A stretch of DNA of 64,000 nucleotides, taken from contig CBDBCZ010000004.1 in assembly GCA_965203295.1 (NCBI GenBank), forward strand, positions 1-64,000, written 5' to 3'. The stretch's first letter is position 1. Each line of letters opens with the position of its first letter. Positions 14,030 to 26,636 of this stretch are shown here, in pieces. Below the pieces are notes generated by a model. The model had not been told where the DNA came from. It did not search any database and saw nothing but the letters and a program-made list of their open reading frames with translations. Position numbers and translations under genes: made by a program. The stretch is from Nitrospirales bacterium. Its GTDB lineage: Bacteria > Nitrospirota > Nitrospiria > Nitrospirales > UBA8639.

Positions 14030-14586
14030 TCTCTCCCTGAGTCTGTGATGTAACACAATGCTTAGTCTCTCCCTGCCAGGCAGTGCTCTATGCTGGCAGT
14101 GTAGGCAGAAATTGTGGTCTTTCTACAAGCCTTGCTCCCCTTTGTGCTGCAGTCTCAGAAGCACAGTGCTGGTCCTCTCTCTTTCTTGTCAGCCAACATC
14201 GTCATTTTCAAAGTCTCTGTCAGGCAGTGTTCTATATGCTGGCTGAGTGTAGGCAGAAATTGTGGTCTTACTACAACCTTGCTACCCTTTGTACTGCTGT
14301 CTCAGAAGCATGGCGCAGAACCTCTCTCGTTCTTGTCGACCAACGTTGTTGATTTCAAAGCCTCTCTTCTCTCGTTCTGCTCCAGGCTATTTAATATCCA
14401 CGGCTACAGCTACATAGACATGGCATACATGTACATGGATCATCAACATGTTAAATATTCCAAAAAATAGAGTGATGAGTGTGAATAGAATAATAAGTGG
14501 AGATTCGCCATGGCGTACGGCGACAGACAGACAGAGAAAATTACGTTGACATGACCAGTGCAGGCTCACTCACGTTCACCCCAATG
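14030..14586 (-). mobile_element. Degenerate family D Helentron-like 5' fragment
   Basis: Ends ggctcactcacgttcaccccaat (cf. 10417-10440). Interior has decayed ctgc..tctcagaagc repeats like those at 8900-9400. Confidence 0.45.
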
Positions 14587-17494
14587 AACAGTAGCTAAAA
14601 TTTTACCCACATGTGCCCAAGGTTACCCCGTGTGCACCCACAGCCTTACCTTTCAAATGGCTATGTGGGCATATACTTTTTTTAAAGTAAAGAATGATGA
14701 AAATGCTTACACAAAATCTCCTCTTTAGGCTTTGAGCACTGTATTCTGGGAGAGGAAGGCCTGGTTATTGCAATCTTAGGCTGAAACGGGTGGGGGAGGT
14801 CATCAACATTATTTATAGGACATTACTATGCCTTGCACATGTACCCCACGAAAACTGTCTCAAGAGTGTCTGTATACATGGCTCACCATGATCTTGATTT
14901 GGCACATTGTTAGATGGCTGTGGAATGGATATGAATGATGTAGTTCAAGAGAAGCTTTCACTCTGACCCTACACGTATGTACAGAAGAATAACAAAATAA
15001 TTCTTTTTTTTTTTGGTCCTAATAAGTCATTCCCAAGAGCATTGTCACATGACTTCTACTTCAGAGAGTATACTTCAGCTAGAGAGCACTGATCAACCTG
15101 GTAATACTACACACTTCAAATAAATACGGCCTTTCTACATTTTAAGTAACTTAACCACCAACTGGTGGGGTTACGCAATCTTACAATTTAGCCACCCCAA
15201 GAAATTCACAGTCATTCCGCCAATGGCATTTTCACGTGATTTTAAATTGTCGAATGATGTAACTCTCGTGCCTGCACTGCAGCAGAAAAGGCAAAGTGGG
15301 TCCTCGGGTACGCTACGCTCACAGTGTTGACTTAAGAATCAGTACGATGGTGGCGTGGTAATTGGAGAGTAATATCTCCCTGCTTTTAGAAAGCAACGTA
15401 CCAGATGATGAGAACTTCGACGGTTTTTCTGTGGGTTGTTGAGGTGCCAAAATGTGAGCACCCTTTACATAGATGATTGCATGTAACACAGCAAGGAAGG
15501 TCGTGCACACTCCAAGACTCTATTAAGCTTTAGGTAAGTGAATAGTAGTCTTGCAGATGAAGTTTGGGAGAGTATTGTTGGTCAGAAAATAAAATATCAG
15601 ACTAAGTAGTTGACATAGCATCGAATTGTTGTTGTTTACAATCAATCAATCAAACATATGAAAGTGCAGTTACACTTGTTACATATAGCATTATTTTATG
15701 TTCCCACGTCAGTACTTAATTCTGACTCACTGTAATCTGACTCACAGTCACTGAGGTAATCATCAAAGGATCCATCTTCATGCATATACCGTCTCTACCC
15801 TGCAAGTAGACCGCGAGTTCGATCAACCACGTGGAGGTGTTTTCATGTAGGACTATCACGTGGACGATGGCAAAGGCGCGGCGCCGGCGCCGGTCATCGG
15901 TTGTGATAGATCTAAGATGGTGTATTTGGGTGCAGCCTGGCCCTAGTTGTATTGCAGGTAGTTTCGGGACAAAGTTCCTTTGGAGCTGAAGGCACCACAG
16001 TTCTGCAGGTTGAACAAATATGCAGCAGCCCCCTGCCACCATCGACACTGTTGGTACAGAGTCTTGTGCCATCATCAACACAGTTTGTACAAAGGTTCGT
16101 GAGTCGTGACAAGTTTGCAGTATACACATTTACTATAGTCTATGTATGGTAGGTTAGGCACTTGTGCTCAGACCTCCACACCCTCCCTACAATAAGCTTA
16201 TACCGCAATAATAAGTGGTCTGGCAAACTATGCAGAATCTGTACATGTACTTACTAAGGACTTGCGCACTCTCTACAGCTCACCTCCTGCTGTGCAACCA
16301 ACCCCAGACATTACTTCCATCCCTTTTTCCTACTACCTCTGTCCCGGTAGTAGTTGAGCCTGTGCGAAGCATTCTAGCCAGCAATTTATCATCAGTATTT
16401 GTTGGTAAGATTATTAGTGAGGTTGGACTGTGTGTGTGTGTGTGTGTACAAATACTCCTCCACAATGGATCTTAAGAGCAGCAAATTGTGTCCTAATCAT
16501 TTCAGGTACTGGAACGTGTAGCTGTGATGTATTGGTGGAAAAGTGTAATGTTTACTGCTGCTGTGATGAGAGTGCACTTCATATGAACAAATGAGCTTTC
16601 ACTGCTCTGATAGCAGGTATATAATCATAATTACATGTACATATAAAATTAATACTGTAATGTGAGTGGTCACTCCTGGTATTTAATCACTTTTTACCAT
16701 GTATATATTACCTCCTACTACAGCCATTTCCCGTATTAGTAGCAGAATTAGCTACCTTAAGGTGACTTATGTACATTTGAGAGTACTAATTCTAGCATAA
16801 TTTTGCGATTTTGCTGCACAAGCAGCTGAGATAGGTCTCCATGATGTCATGATCAGTCTGTGAATTAGTTTCTGAATTTAGGTTCAGTGAAGCTGTTGTT
16901 GGTGGCTGGAAAACTCGAGATTAGAGTAGTCTCACAGTTAGCCAGCTTAATTGTTGCTATTGTGAGAACCAATTTAGTATAAATGTCTTATAGGGGATCT
17001 AAAACCTACAGGCCCTGAGGGTTTATAATTACAGGGCTGTAAATATGTAGACCCCCTCAATTTCATTGTTTACTTAACATGATATTTACACCATATAATA
17101 CCTTTCCCAGTGTAAATGATGATGTTACAAACAGCTGATACTACTATAATGTGTTTTTTGGGGCAAATAGATTTGCTTATGAATTTGCTGTACTGCTCCA
17201 CTGTTTGTCCCTAAACTAAAGCCCATGGGACCAGGTATGCCTCGAGTCAGATGACATCCTACGCTCTTCTCTTCGCTCGTGTTCATGTCCAAATCCCGGA
17301 ACATTTTGTGCGCAGAGGGATCGCAGTAAGTGATATAGTATGCATTAAATTCTCATATAGGAAGCCCCCCCTCCCTCTCCCCCATTCAAAAAAAATTACA
17401 AGGCTGTAGTGAATAGAGAATTCAAAATTGGTTTTCAGAATCAACCTTAGAACTCAAAAGTAAAAGTATAGTCACTGTTTCCCTCTGTAAATTA

Positions 17495-17660
17495 AGTGGA
17501 TCCCCTCATAAAGGACACCCCTGAATTAAGGACCCCTCTATAACAAAGACACTTTGCTATGTCCCATCTTAATATGAATTTACCCCTGAAATGTGGACAC
17601 CTTTCTATACAGGACACCATACCATGTCCCCAAGGTGTCCACAATAGTGGGATTTCACTG
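17495..17660. mobile_element. Short (c)agtgg...cactg MITE, pogo/Tc1-like
   Basis: Repeated aaggacacc motif and ccccaaggtgtccac end. Related pieces at 30-190 and 51340-51425. Confidence 0.6.
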
Positions 17661-20198
17661 TTGTCCTCTAAATACATTTGTATCATTCTCTTTTTTTGGG
17701 TTGCCAACTGTTCTTAATTACAATTTTGTAAGCTGTTTTCTTATCAGACCCTTCCAGGCTGATGACCCAGATTTCGTTGGCACTGTGGAGCAGTTCTCCT
17801 CACAGCTTGAAACATAGGGGGACCAGGGAGCCAGCCTCCATTACAGGCCGAGATGGAGACATACAGAGACTTCTACCAGGTTAGTGAGGCTGTGTGGAGG
17901 AGAGAGGGAAGAGCCAAGGGAAATAATACTGGGTGTTAAACAACGGACAAGGATTATATTGTTCCCAGCTAGGCCATGCAGTCAAGTTGATTGTCGTACA
18001 ATGTGCTACCTGACAGCCTTGATCTTCACAACTGGTCTGCAAATGTGGACACTTTTAAATAATGTACATCAGCTAGTAAACTGAATCAGCTAGGAATATC
18101 TCCATAGCTAAATCATGGAAATGAGACTGATACGTCCATGTCATCACTATGGCTCCAGGAAATCTTATCTTGTCCCAGTTACAAACCCACAGCATTTGAA
18201 ACACTATAAGGCAACCAATTCATTTATCGCAAACTCGATCCGTACAGGCTCCTCTCCCAGCTTTTAGGCACTGTACAAAATAGGTGGAGAGGAAGCCTGT
18301 GTACAAAGCCTTCTCAAAGTAGGAATGTGTAGGCTAGTGCAACAGTACATCAATACTTTATCATAGGAAAAATATTATCTGTTGAGTTTACATGTACATG
18401 AATAGCTCTAGAAGCTGGCTTTTGATGTGACTCTTACAATGCCTGCATTGAATTCCCAGATTGGTGACCCTGTCCTGGTACTATGGAACACTGGAGAGCT
18501 TGGCTTCTTTTCTCTGGACTCACCCTTGAATGGATTCCTTTGCCATGACAGCAACCCAATCGGTCAGCTCTACCTTGCACCCTGTTCATGATAAGCTGGA
18601 ACTACATGTGTTACTGTTGAGCAGTGTATAGTCTCAAGCTAAATGTAGATCTAGTATTTGACCCACAGTGTTATGTCCTTACTATTTGAGGAATCAACGG
18701 GAGAATCAAATACAGTACCCTCCCTGACCCCTCTACTCTCAATTATTAAGTTTTACTACTTCAGCAGCTATTTCACATTTATTTATTCCTGTGTGCATAT
18801 AGCCTTGTTCCTGGCCTCTGCCCCAGTTTTATTAAGCCATGGAGTGGAGTGGTGGCTGGGAACGAGGCTATTGTTTGCATGTTTGTCTAGAGCAGTAGAG
18901 AGAGGTACCTACAACTCACTATAGTATTGTTCATTGAAATATCTTTGCAAAATGGTGGTGGTAGAATACAACATTTTCGATGTGATCCTTCCCTCTTCTA
19001 GCTTACCTCTTGGATGAGACACTGGCCTGTGAGCGTCCAGTGGCTCCACTGTCCAGTACCTGTGCTTCACTACCTCAGCTAGACCCTCTCACTATTGTTG
19101 GGTCTTTCTCTGTACTACAGGTACTATAGGCAGTTAATTTTTTCCTGCTAAATGTAGCTGATGCTCCACTATGATTGTGAATCCAGTAATCAACAAGGAA
19201 TTAAATCTCTCTGTTACTAAGATTTTGTAATGGCTATCTACGCATAAAAAAAAAACAAAAAACTTGTAATGGACACTTCATGTGCTGACATTACTCAATG
19301 TGTGTAAATGTGTCATGCCCTACAATATGAGAACAAAAGGGGTGCTTACTATTGCAGGCTTTATTTCAAGTTGTGTTTCCAGCCTAACTAGAGTGGTTTA
19401 CTGTGCCATATGTGTGTGTAATATGCAGGTATAGTATGTTGGATACATAGTGCCATTTGCCCCACATAGAAAACTGAGCGAATATATTGCTAAACCAGGT
19501 GCCTATTCTCTAGGTGCCAACAGACCTAACTGGGTTTGACACATCTACTGTACAGGTGATTCCTTTATCACTGATGGGTGTACAGTGCAAAGATGTAGCC
19601 AGCGAGCTTGTATCATGTGACGCCACTCAGCCAGTCTCCCCCTCCTATGACAATGAGACTGGAGTCTGCACCGATGCTGTTTTAGAGGTTAGTACTTAGC
19701 CTCAGCTGTAGGAATGCTGCAACCAGGGATGTATTATACCTGTATGTAGTGCAGCTCGCATACATCAGTTTTTACACGACAGTGTGACTCATCAATTGCT
19801 TCTTCCCAGGCACACTATTCCCTTATCCACAATGGAACTGGAAAAATTTCTGATGCGTCTGTGGAAATCACTTTGGGTTACATCAGCAACAGTGTAGTGA
19901 ATATTGTACAGCAATTTGGGCTCGCGTTTACAAAGGTGAGGTATTGGCTTAGAAACTTAAATCAGTATCATCTCCATAATTCATTGACTGTACATGTGTG
20001 AGTTGGTGGATGTAAGGAACACTCATTTTATTATGTGTATAGGGGGTAGAGTTAAGAACTACTGGCACGTTTCCAAGATATTCGTTCATGTATATGCACT
20101 ATACTGCAGACTGGGCAACCAGAGGTACCACTACAACGTTCTGGGAGTCCTGGCTACCTGGACGGTCTACCTATACTGCCCGGTACTAGTTCAGAAGG

Positions 20199-20328
20199 GT
20201 ATCCCTTCCTGCAGCCCTAGGTCTTAGCCTGTCACACACATTGCATACTCAGACTGTCTCTGGAGAATATGTGTTAGACTATGACATGTTCAACATTTCC
20301 GGTTTGTTTATCTTTAACTGAGTTTCAG
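20199..20328 (+). other. Putative U12-type (minor spliceosome) GT-AG intron in the Tectonic gene
   Basis: Donor GTATCCCTT; branch-like TCTTTAAC at 20311-20318, about 10 nt before the AG; no real polypyrimidine tract; frame kept across the junction. Confidence 0.65.
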
Positions 20329-20584
20329 AGAGCAAATTGACATCTCTGTTGACAGTGGCATGTGGCTGGTGGTGAGGAGTAGCAGTGAAACATGTGAGCC
20401 AAGCACAACCGTTGTTGGTGTCCGCTTTAGGGAAAGTATCGCAACTGGATGTACCCTGAAGTAAGTGAATGCAGGCTCAGTATGCTGTTGTTAATTTCCT
20501 AGAGACTGAATTGCATTTCCTGTCCAACATTTATGTAAGCACTTTCTCCTTCCTTCCACCATGCTATATAGTATACCATTCCAT

Positions 20585-21027
20585 TTTTACCAGCCGGTGC
20601 GGCGCGCGAACGGCTGGTCCTAAGATTGCTTTACGTTTTCCGCGTCTGTCTGTTTGTTTGTTTGTTTGTTTATTTGTTTGTGCATCCGCACTTATCACAT
20701 GCGCAATATATTACGTCATATGTTACTATGCAACTGCAGTGTATAGCAGCTTTTGGAGGTTTGCAGGCCAAGCTACAGCAACTGAAGTTAGTTGTGTGTT
20801 GCGTAGATGGCGAAAACTTGGTAGGCAGCCGTAAAGATCCCGTTTTCGTTGCGTAAAGCTATTAACTGGAGGTGCACGACGAAACTGCTGAGTTAGCACT
20901 TTCGCTGTACTGCGTTCTACAGCTTGCAATTAGTGCTCCCAGTTGGCTTGGCCTAAGCGGAGTTGTGTGTATTGTACGGGGGAAAGGTGCCCGGCTGGTT
21001 TTTAGACATGAAATGTCAGACTTGTTA
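20585..21027 (+). mobile_element. HINE-like family A copy
   Basis: Homologous to 3735-4180 over its full length. Confidence 0.8.
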
Positions 21028-21070
21028 ATACATTCAGTAGGTCAGTTTGGTTTGCAAACAGTATCTTTTC

Positions 21071-21368
21071 TACGGTGGCCGAGACAGTCGCTCGTGCATT
21101 CGCGTTTTCGATTTCGCATTCGCATTTACGATTTCGCATTCGCGTTTACGATTTCGCATTCGCGTTTACGATTTCGCATTCGCGTTTACGATTTCGCATT
21201 CGCGCTTACGATTTTACATTCGCATTTACGATTTCGCATTCGCGTTTACGATTTCGCATTCGCGTTTACGATTTTACATTCGCATTTACGATTTTGCTTT
21301 CGCGTTTACGATTTTGCATTCGCGTTCACGATTTTGTATTCGCGTTTATGATTTTGCATTCGCGTTTT
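21071..21368 (+). repeat. Left TIR with ~13 tandem 20-bp units (TTTACGATTTCGCATTCGCG)
   Basis: Directly visible array; it is the reverse complement of 28890-29131. Confidence 0.95.
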
Positions 21369-21627
21369 CGACGTACGCACGTGCATTAATAGTTCAAAGG
21401 TGAAACAGTCGATCCCGTATTAAAATTGCCGTTGACGCGCCTTTTTGCACTGTTGAGCACGCAAATCCGTCTGAGTTAGCCAGAGGTTTTATTGTGGTAG
21501 TTAGGTTTTCCCTATCATTCTTTAGGTTACAGTACAGTGAGTAGCCACTTGCGGGTAATTTTCTTGCAAGTGTCAAGAGTTGAAGTTACGTAGCTAAAGG
21601 CCAGTGCCAATTTAATACGCTGACAGA

Positions 21628-24600
21628 ATGGAACAGAAGAAGAAGATTCAGGAAATGGTTTTAAAGGAGGTGGATTCAACCGTCTACAGCCTTAGGAAAA
21701 GCCTCAAAAGGCGTCTAGATGCTGCAATGGAAAGCCCTGCAATTGCAACTAATCAGTCAATGCGTGACCCAACCATGGCCACGGCTACACCTCACGGTGG
21801 TGCCCTGAGTGAGTTAGAATTTATGTTTAACCACCCGTTCCATAGGCCTTCATTTCATTTAGTATATGTTTTTAATAATATGCGACCAGTTACATAAAAT
21901 TTTATTATGACCATGTTCACAACTTGTAGCTCTGAAGGAGTTTGATCTGTTGTCAAAGGCGCAGTTCACAAAGAAGCGTAGCACAGCACATTCAGCTAAG
22001 AAAGCCAGGCTGAGCGAAGACTTTGTGACCGTAAGCTCAAGGCATTTTGTTACTGTAACATCACACCTATTACAGGCTGTTCAAGTATGTATAAGGAAAG
22101 ACTTTCTCCTCTTGCATGTATATGGTATATATGAGACAATATACCCAAGCGCTACCACAGTCAAGTCTAGTCTCGTGCATGCATATATAATTAAAATTGC
22201 ATTACCAATCACATGTTCTCTTAACGCAGCTCACTGTATGCCAGATGAGAAGGACCCGGCGGAAGGGGTATGGAAAAGCTGGTGACTACGTTGAGATCCG
22301 TGTTCCCTACAAATCCACGTATTGTCAGGTGGCTCAAGCTGCTGCAGAGGCTGTTGACCTTGAACCCGAACTATCAAGTGATGACTCTGACCATGATCAC
22401 GAAGAAGCACAGAAGCCAGCGCTGGTTCTTCTTCGGGCCCAGGGATGTATTGTACAGAACAAGCCACTTGTAACTGAACCCGACACGAATGAACAAGTAG
22501 AGTGGACAATTGGAAGCTACCTGTCAACATTTCCCAGTTTCAGACGGTCTCGTCAAGCAATTAAACTAGGAGTAGGCCGAGGCCTCACAGAGCAAATGGA
22601 GCAGTCTCATAAACAGCACCATGATGGTTCCGGTGAGTATATGTTTTATTATTTTATAGTATTTTGCGTGGGCGGATCAAAGGCGAAAAGTGTGCTTTAT
22701 TTTCCATGCAGTTATGGTGTGAAGAGTACTATATGAAAACTCATACAGCACAGGAAGTACAATATAGAACAGGTCATGGGTAATTGAGAACTTTTTGCAA
22801 TTAACTGTAAACAGAATCCACGAAAGTGCAGCAGGGCCAGCTGCAAGTGCGGCAAAGCAAAGGTACTTGAAAGGAGCAAAAACGGCTAGCAACAGTTGAT
22901 ACAGAGATTGGTAAATGCACGAAAAGCGCCACTTGATAGGCACAACACGGCAAGAAAAACGGGCTAGTAAAGAGACAGTACTAGCTACAAACGACAAACA
23001 CTCCTAGCAAATGGGTACAACCATACGGAGCTCATCCATGGTACAACACGTTAGCTACCATGGTACCAGTAAAACCTTGAGCCTAGCAGTGCTATTTGAT
23101 GCACAAAACGGTAAGCTTGCAGCGTACAGACAGACGGAAACGCAACAAAACTAGGCATACACCGAGAATAGCAGCTTACCATGCTTTCTACATTGATTGT
23201 TGAACGATCTGTGAGCCAAAAAACGCCATATCCCTCCAGGACCAGCACAAAATTCAAACGTGAAATACTATAAACCAGTTAAAGTACCGTATACCCTCGT
23301 GCACTACGTGAAATATTGCACTTGGGCATGGTCTCGAGGCCAAATATAGCACTCGGCTTCGCCTCGTGCTATATTTACCTCTTGCCCACGCCCTCGTGCA
23401 ATATTTCACGTAGTGCACTCGGGACGGTACTTTAACTAATATGTAGAAACTTAATTCTAAATGTACATCTTACCCAGGACCATAAGGCACAAGTACCAAG
23501 TCAGCTCCACTTTTCCCAGGACCACAGAGTACAAGTACCGAGACAGCTCCACTTTTCCCAAAACCACAGGGTACAAGTACCGAGACAGCTCCACTTTTCC
23601 CAGGACCGCAGGGTACAAGTACCGAGACAGCTCCAACTGTCCAGGAAGAAATTGAAGGTGACAAGTAGTAACATATGCCAACCATATTAAGTGCTGTTTG
23701 TAATCCAACCTTTCATAATATCTACATAGTTTTGTATGCTTCAGAGTGTGGAGTTCGCCTGGACACAGACTACATATTGCCACGGTTTGATGTGTTTGCA
23801 GAGACAAGGCCACTTTTGATCGCTGATATGAACAGAGAGGAAGCTCTATCCTTCATGGACAAAGGGGATCCTTGGCAACCAGAAAGTGTCTTTTATTCAG
23901 TGGCTAGAATCTCAAGAGGTATAAATAAACAGCATAGTGTTGTATTTGACTTAGTTATTAGCAATATCCTTTGAAGTTAGCCTCCTTAATGAGGTACCTA
24001 AATCTGATAGATATCTAACAGATTTACACACCTAGCAATCACCACTGAAGCTCTCAGCACCCAGACAACTGAAGCAACAGTACTAGGGCAGCTCTGCTTT
24101 GTTATCACAACACTGTAGGTCTAAGTTAGTACCTCTGGTAATATCATAGACATGCACCTGGGGTACGTAGCTTCTTTCCAATGAGAATTAAAACACTAAA
24201 CGTTCAGAGCTCAGTGTGATCCTTAGGTGGAAGGTAACTGTTAGCTGTGATCTATGTAAGAGTGACTTCAAAGGCCTAATTAATTGTTTGCCCACCCATT
24301 ACTCAACTGTCAAAGGCCTAATTAATCATTTGCCCACCCATTACTCAACTGTGACTTTGCAACTCCTGGCTCAAGCCTTACCACTGTTACAAAGATTCTG
24401 CAAAGATATATTCAAACAATGATGAATGGATTCGTTCTTCCAGGCGATGATCTACTGCTGTGTTGCAATGATGACGGGTCGTTTCGTGTACTTCATGATT
24501 CAACCTGTAAGACCATGCATCATGGAGTACGGTAGTACTCCATGATATATATAGCATGTTTACGTGCATTCAATTTGAATGTTACTTTCCTTGCAGCACA

Positions 24601-26519
24601 ATTTCATGTTGTGCACCAGAGTCCTGAGAGAGTAACCCTGCCCTCTGTGACGGCCAAAGCGATTCCACTGTACTGTGTGGCTGGCGGCCACAGATGGGAC
24701 TACAAGTACATCTGGACCCTGGGAGGCAATCCATTTGGACCAGAATCACCTGTGATCTGGACGACTAAACCAGGCCTATACCGCTGTGTAGTGCACCATG
24801 ATATGCTACAGGAGCAGTGTTCCTCTCATCTCATTCAAGTCACCTTGCCTAAAGCAGGTGTTTTGGTCTGTAACTGTGTTGGTACTAAACATTATGTTAT
24901 GGGTATATGTACATTTCTTTCTTTAGGTGTTATAACACCACTTGCAGACCCACAAACTCATGCATCTGACAGTGTACAGACAAGCACCATTGGGAGTGTA
25001 TCTGCAGGCGAGCAAGCACCACAAGAAAACATTTCAGCAACACCCGGTAATTTATCTGTTTGGTCATAGAGAATTGCAAGAGGGTCTACTCTCAGTAGTG
25101 TTCTTTTAATTGTACTATTTGTTATTGTCTTCTGATATCAATCTAGGAATTATGGTATATGAATTACCAGAACTGAACCGTGCCACTAGCAACTTTGCCC
25201 ATGAAATGTTGATTGGAGAAGGAGGCTTCGGAAAGGTATTCCGTGGGGCACTTCGTGGAACACAAGTGGCCATTAAAGTACTATCTGAGGTAGGGCTAGC
25301 TTATGCATAGAAGGATTGCAGCTTGTGATGTTAAAGTGCCTGAATGTTGTACATTGTTGTGCAATATAGCATGGGACCCAGATGCTCCGCGCCCAAACAT
25401 CTAGTCAGCTGAAAACAGAAGTAACTGCTTTAACCAAGTAAGATATGGCGGTATACACATGGTCTATTGTGTGTTTCTACTGTTGATTTTTCTCATATAT
25501 GTATAGATTCAGCCACCCGAATATTGTTTCCCTCATGGGATATTGTGCTGAACCACCCACCCTCATATTTCCTTTTATGCAAAAGGGCTCCTTGTTCAAA
25601 AATTTGCACGACAGCAATGTGAGTCATATTTAATTATTACTAACATAATGTTATTGGGGCTACATGACTGTAGTCTGCAATGTATAGATTGATGATCCAT
25701 TAAGATGGTCTCAGCGGATATCCATCATGACTGATACAGCCAGAGGTCTAACGTACCTTCACTCAGCCACTCCACCATTGGTTCATCATGACATAAACTC
25801 GTGAGTTAATAATTTCAGAGTCTGTATTTTATTTGTGTGTACAACTTTCCATTTGTGTTATTGTAGGTCCAATATACTTCTGGATCATGGTGGAGAAGCC
25901 AAAATCTGTGATTTCGGCTTCTCTATTGAGCTTCCTGAACGTATAGGGGGGAAGACTCTGATAACAGCAGCAGCACAGCTAGGTCTTCCTGGAACCCTGG
26001 GGTACCAGCCCCCTGAATATAATGAAGGCCGGTATAGTACATGGAGCGATGTCTACAGCTATGGAGTGGTATGTTAACGTATACAGTTTACAACACTGCA
26101 CCGAATGAGACCTGCTTTCATTAACAGGTTGTTCTGGAGACCTACACTGGTCTATTGGCATTCTCAGAGGAAAGAGATGATCACAAACTCGTATGTTTCA
26201 GATGTCAAATGGGCAGACATTAATTTATATCCATACACTAATACTGCAGGCCTGTCACTGTGATGAAGAACTTCGTGATCTTCAGCTATTTTCTGAGCTT
26301 CAAGACCCTACATCTGGCTCAGTTTGCACAGATGAATCCAAAGACATGTTCTTCACCATTTGTAATGCCTGCTTGAAAAATAGCTACAAAAGGCGACTCT
26401 CCATGCCCGAGGTAATCAAAAGTGAGTGTAATCAGTGAAATCTGTAAAAATTTAACAAATCTCTTCCCCTTCACATACAGATACTTGCCAAATGGGAGCA
26501 TCAGAGTGGACTTCATTAA
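21628..26519 (+). CDS. Transposon-borne protein: unknown N-terminal region + Ig domain + IRAK/Pelle-like Ser/Thr kinase (~713-aa model)
   Basis: In-frame GT-AG model: 21628-21808, 21930-22030, 22230-22632, 23745-23918, 24597-24857, 24927-25046, 25147-25289, 25370-25437, 25507-25618, 25688-25800, 25867-26068, 26128-26190, 26250-26411, 26481-26519. Motifs: LYC..YIW..GLYRC (Ig), ATSNF..IGEGGFGKVFRG, VAIK, HPNIVSLMGY, HHDINSSNILL, DFG, GTLGYQPPEY, SDVYSYGVVVLE. The kinase exons are secure; the N-terminal linkage is less so. Confidence 0.8.
23277..23437. mobile_element. Palindromic MITE in an intron of the cargo gene
   Basis: agttaaagtaccgt...gtgcactacgtgaaatattgcac / gtgcaatatttcacgtagtgcac...acggtactttaact. 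Confidence 0.8.
23473..23640 (+). repeat. 42-bp minisatellite, 4 copies
   Basis: cccaggaccacagagtacaagtaccgagacagctccactttt units. Confidence 0.9.
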
Positions 26520-26636
26520 ATAATATACACATTATCTCTAAAGTACTTTTACCTACAGCTTATTTACCAGTATCAACATGACATTATGAGTTGGTATAAA
26601 CTGTTTTCAAGTGAAGCCAATATATGGCAACTAGAT

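Larger units (their letters stand above)
300..15000 (-). pseudogene. Scattered, degraded exons of an unidentified multi-exon gene (helical, Leu-rich)
   Basis: Minus-strand segments bounded by splice-like signals read as protein, e.g. ~308-380 LSPSFQPLVACLWYLLHTKLMSKQ, ~655-755, ~2226-2370 CALVLLLEQLLARKAPVDKPTKDHIVWCFIAVLSV, ~13070-13160 LFSCLLKLLALPECEGLHQRIAECLDGILQ. Other segments contain stops. Family not recognised, and they may not all be one gene. Confidence 0.3.

Noticed and set aside
21099..21368. 20-bp array as a CRISPR or telomeric repeat, and its FAFAFTISHSRLRFRIRVYD ORFs (also 28725-29283)
   Set aside because: No spacers; it is the mirrored TIR of a transposon, and the ORFs arise from stop-free repeats.
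24021..24232. Additional Ig-like exon in the cargo gene
   Set aside because: Stops in all frames; skipping it preserves the frame, so it was left out of the model.
21628..26519. Kinase as a plant receptor-like kinase or contaminant
   Set aside because: The resemblance reflects shared IRAK/Pelle/RLK ancestry; the intron style and TSD-bounded context match the host genome.
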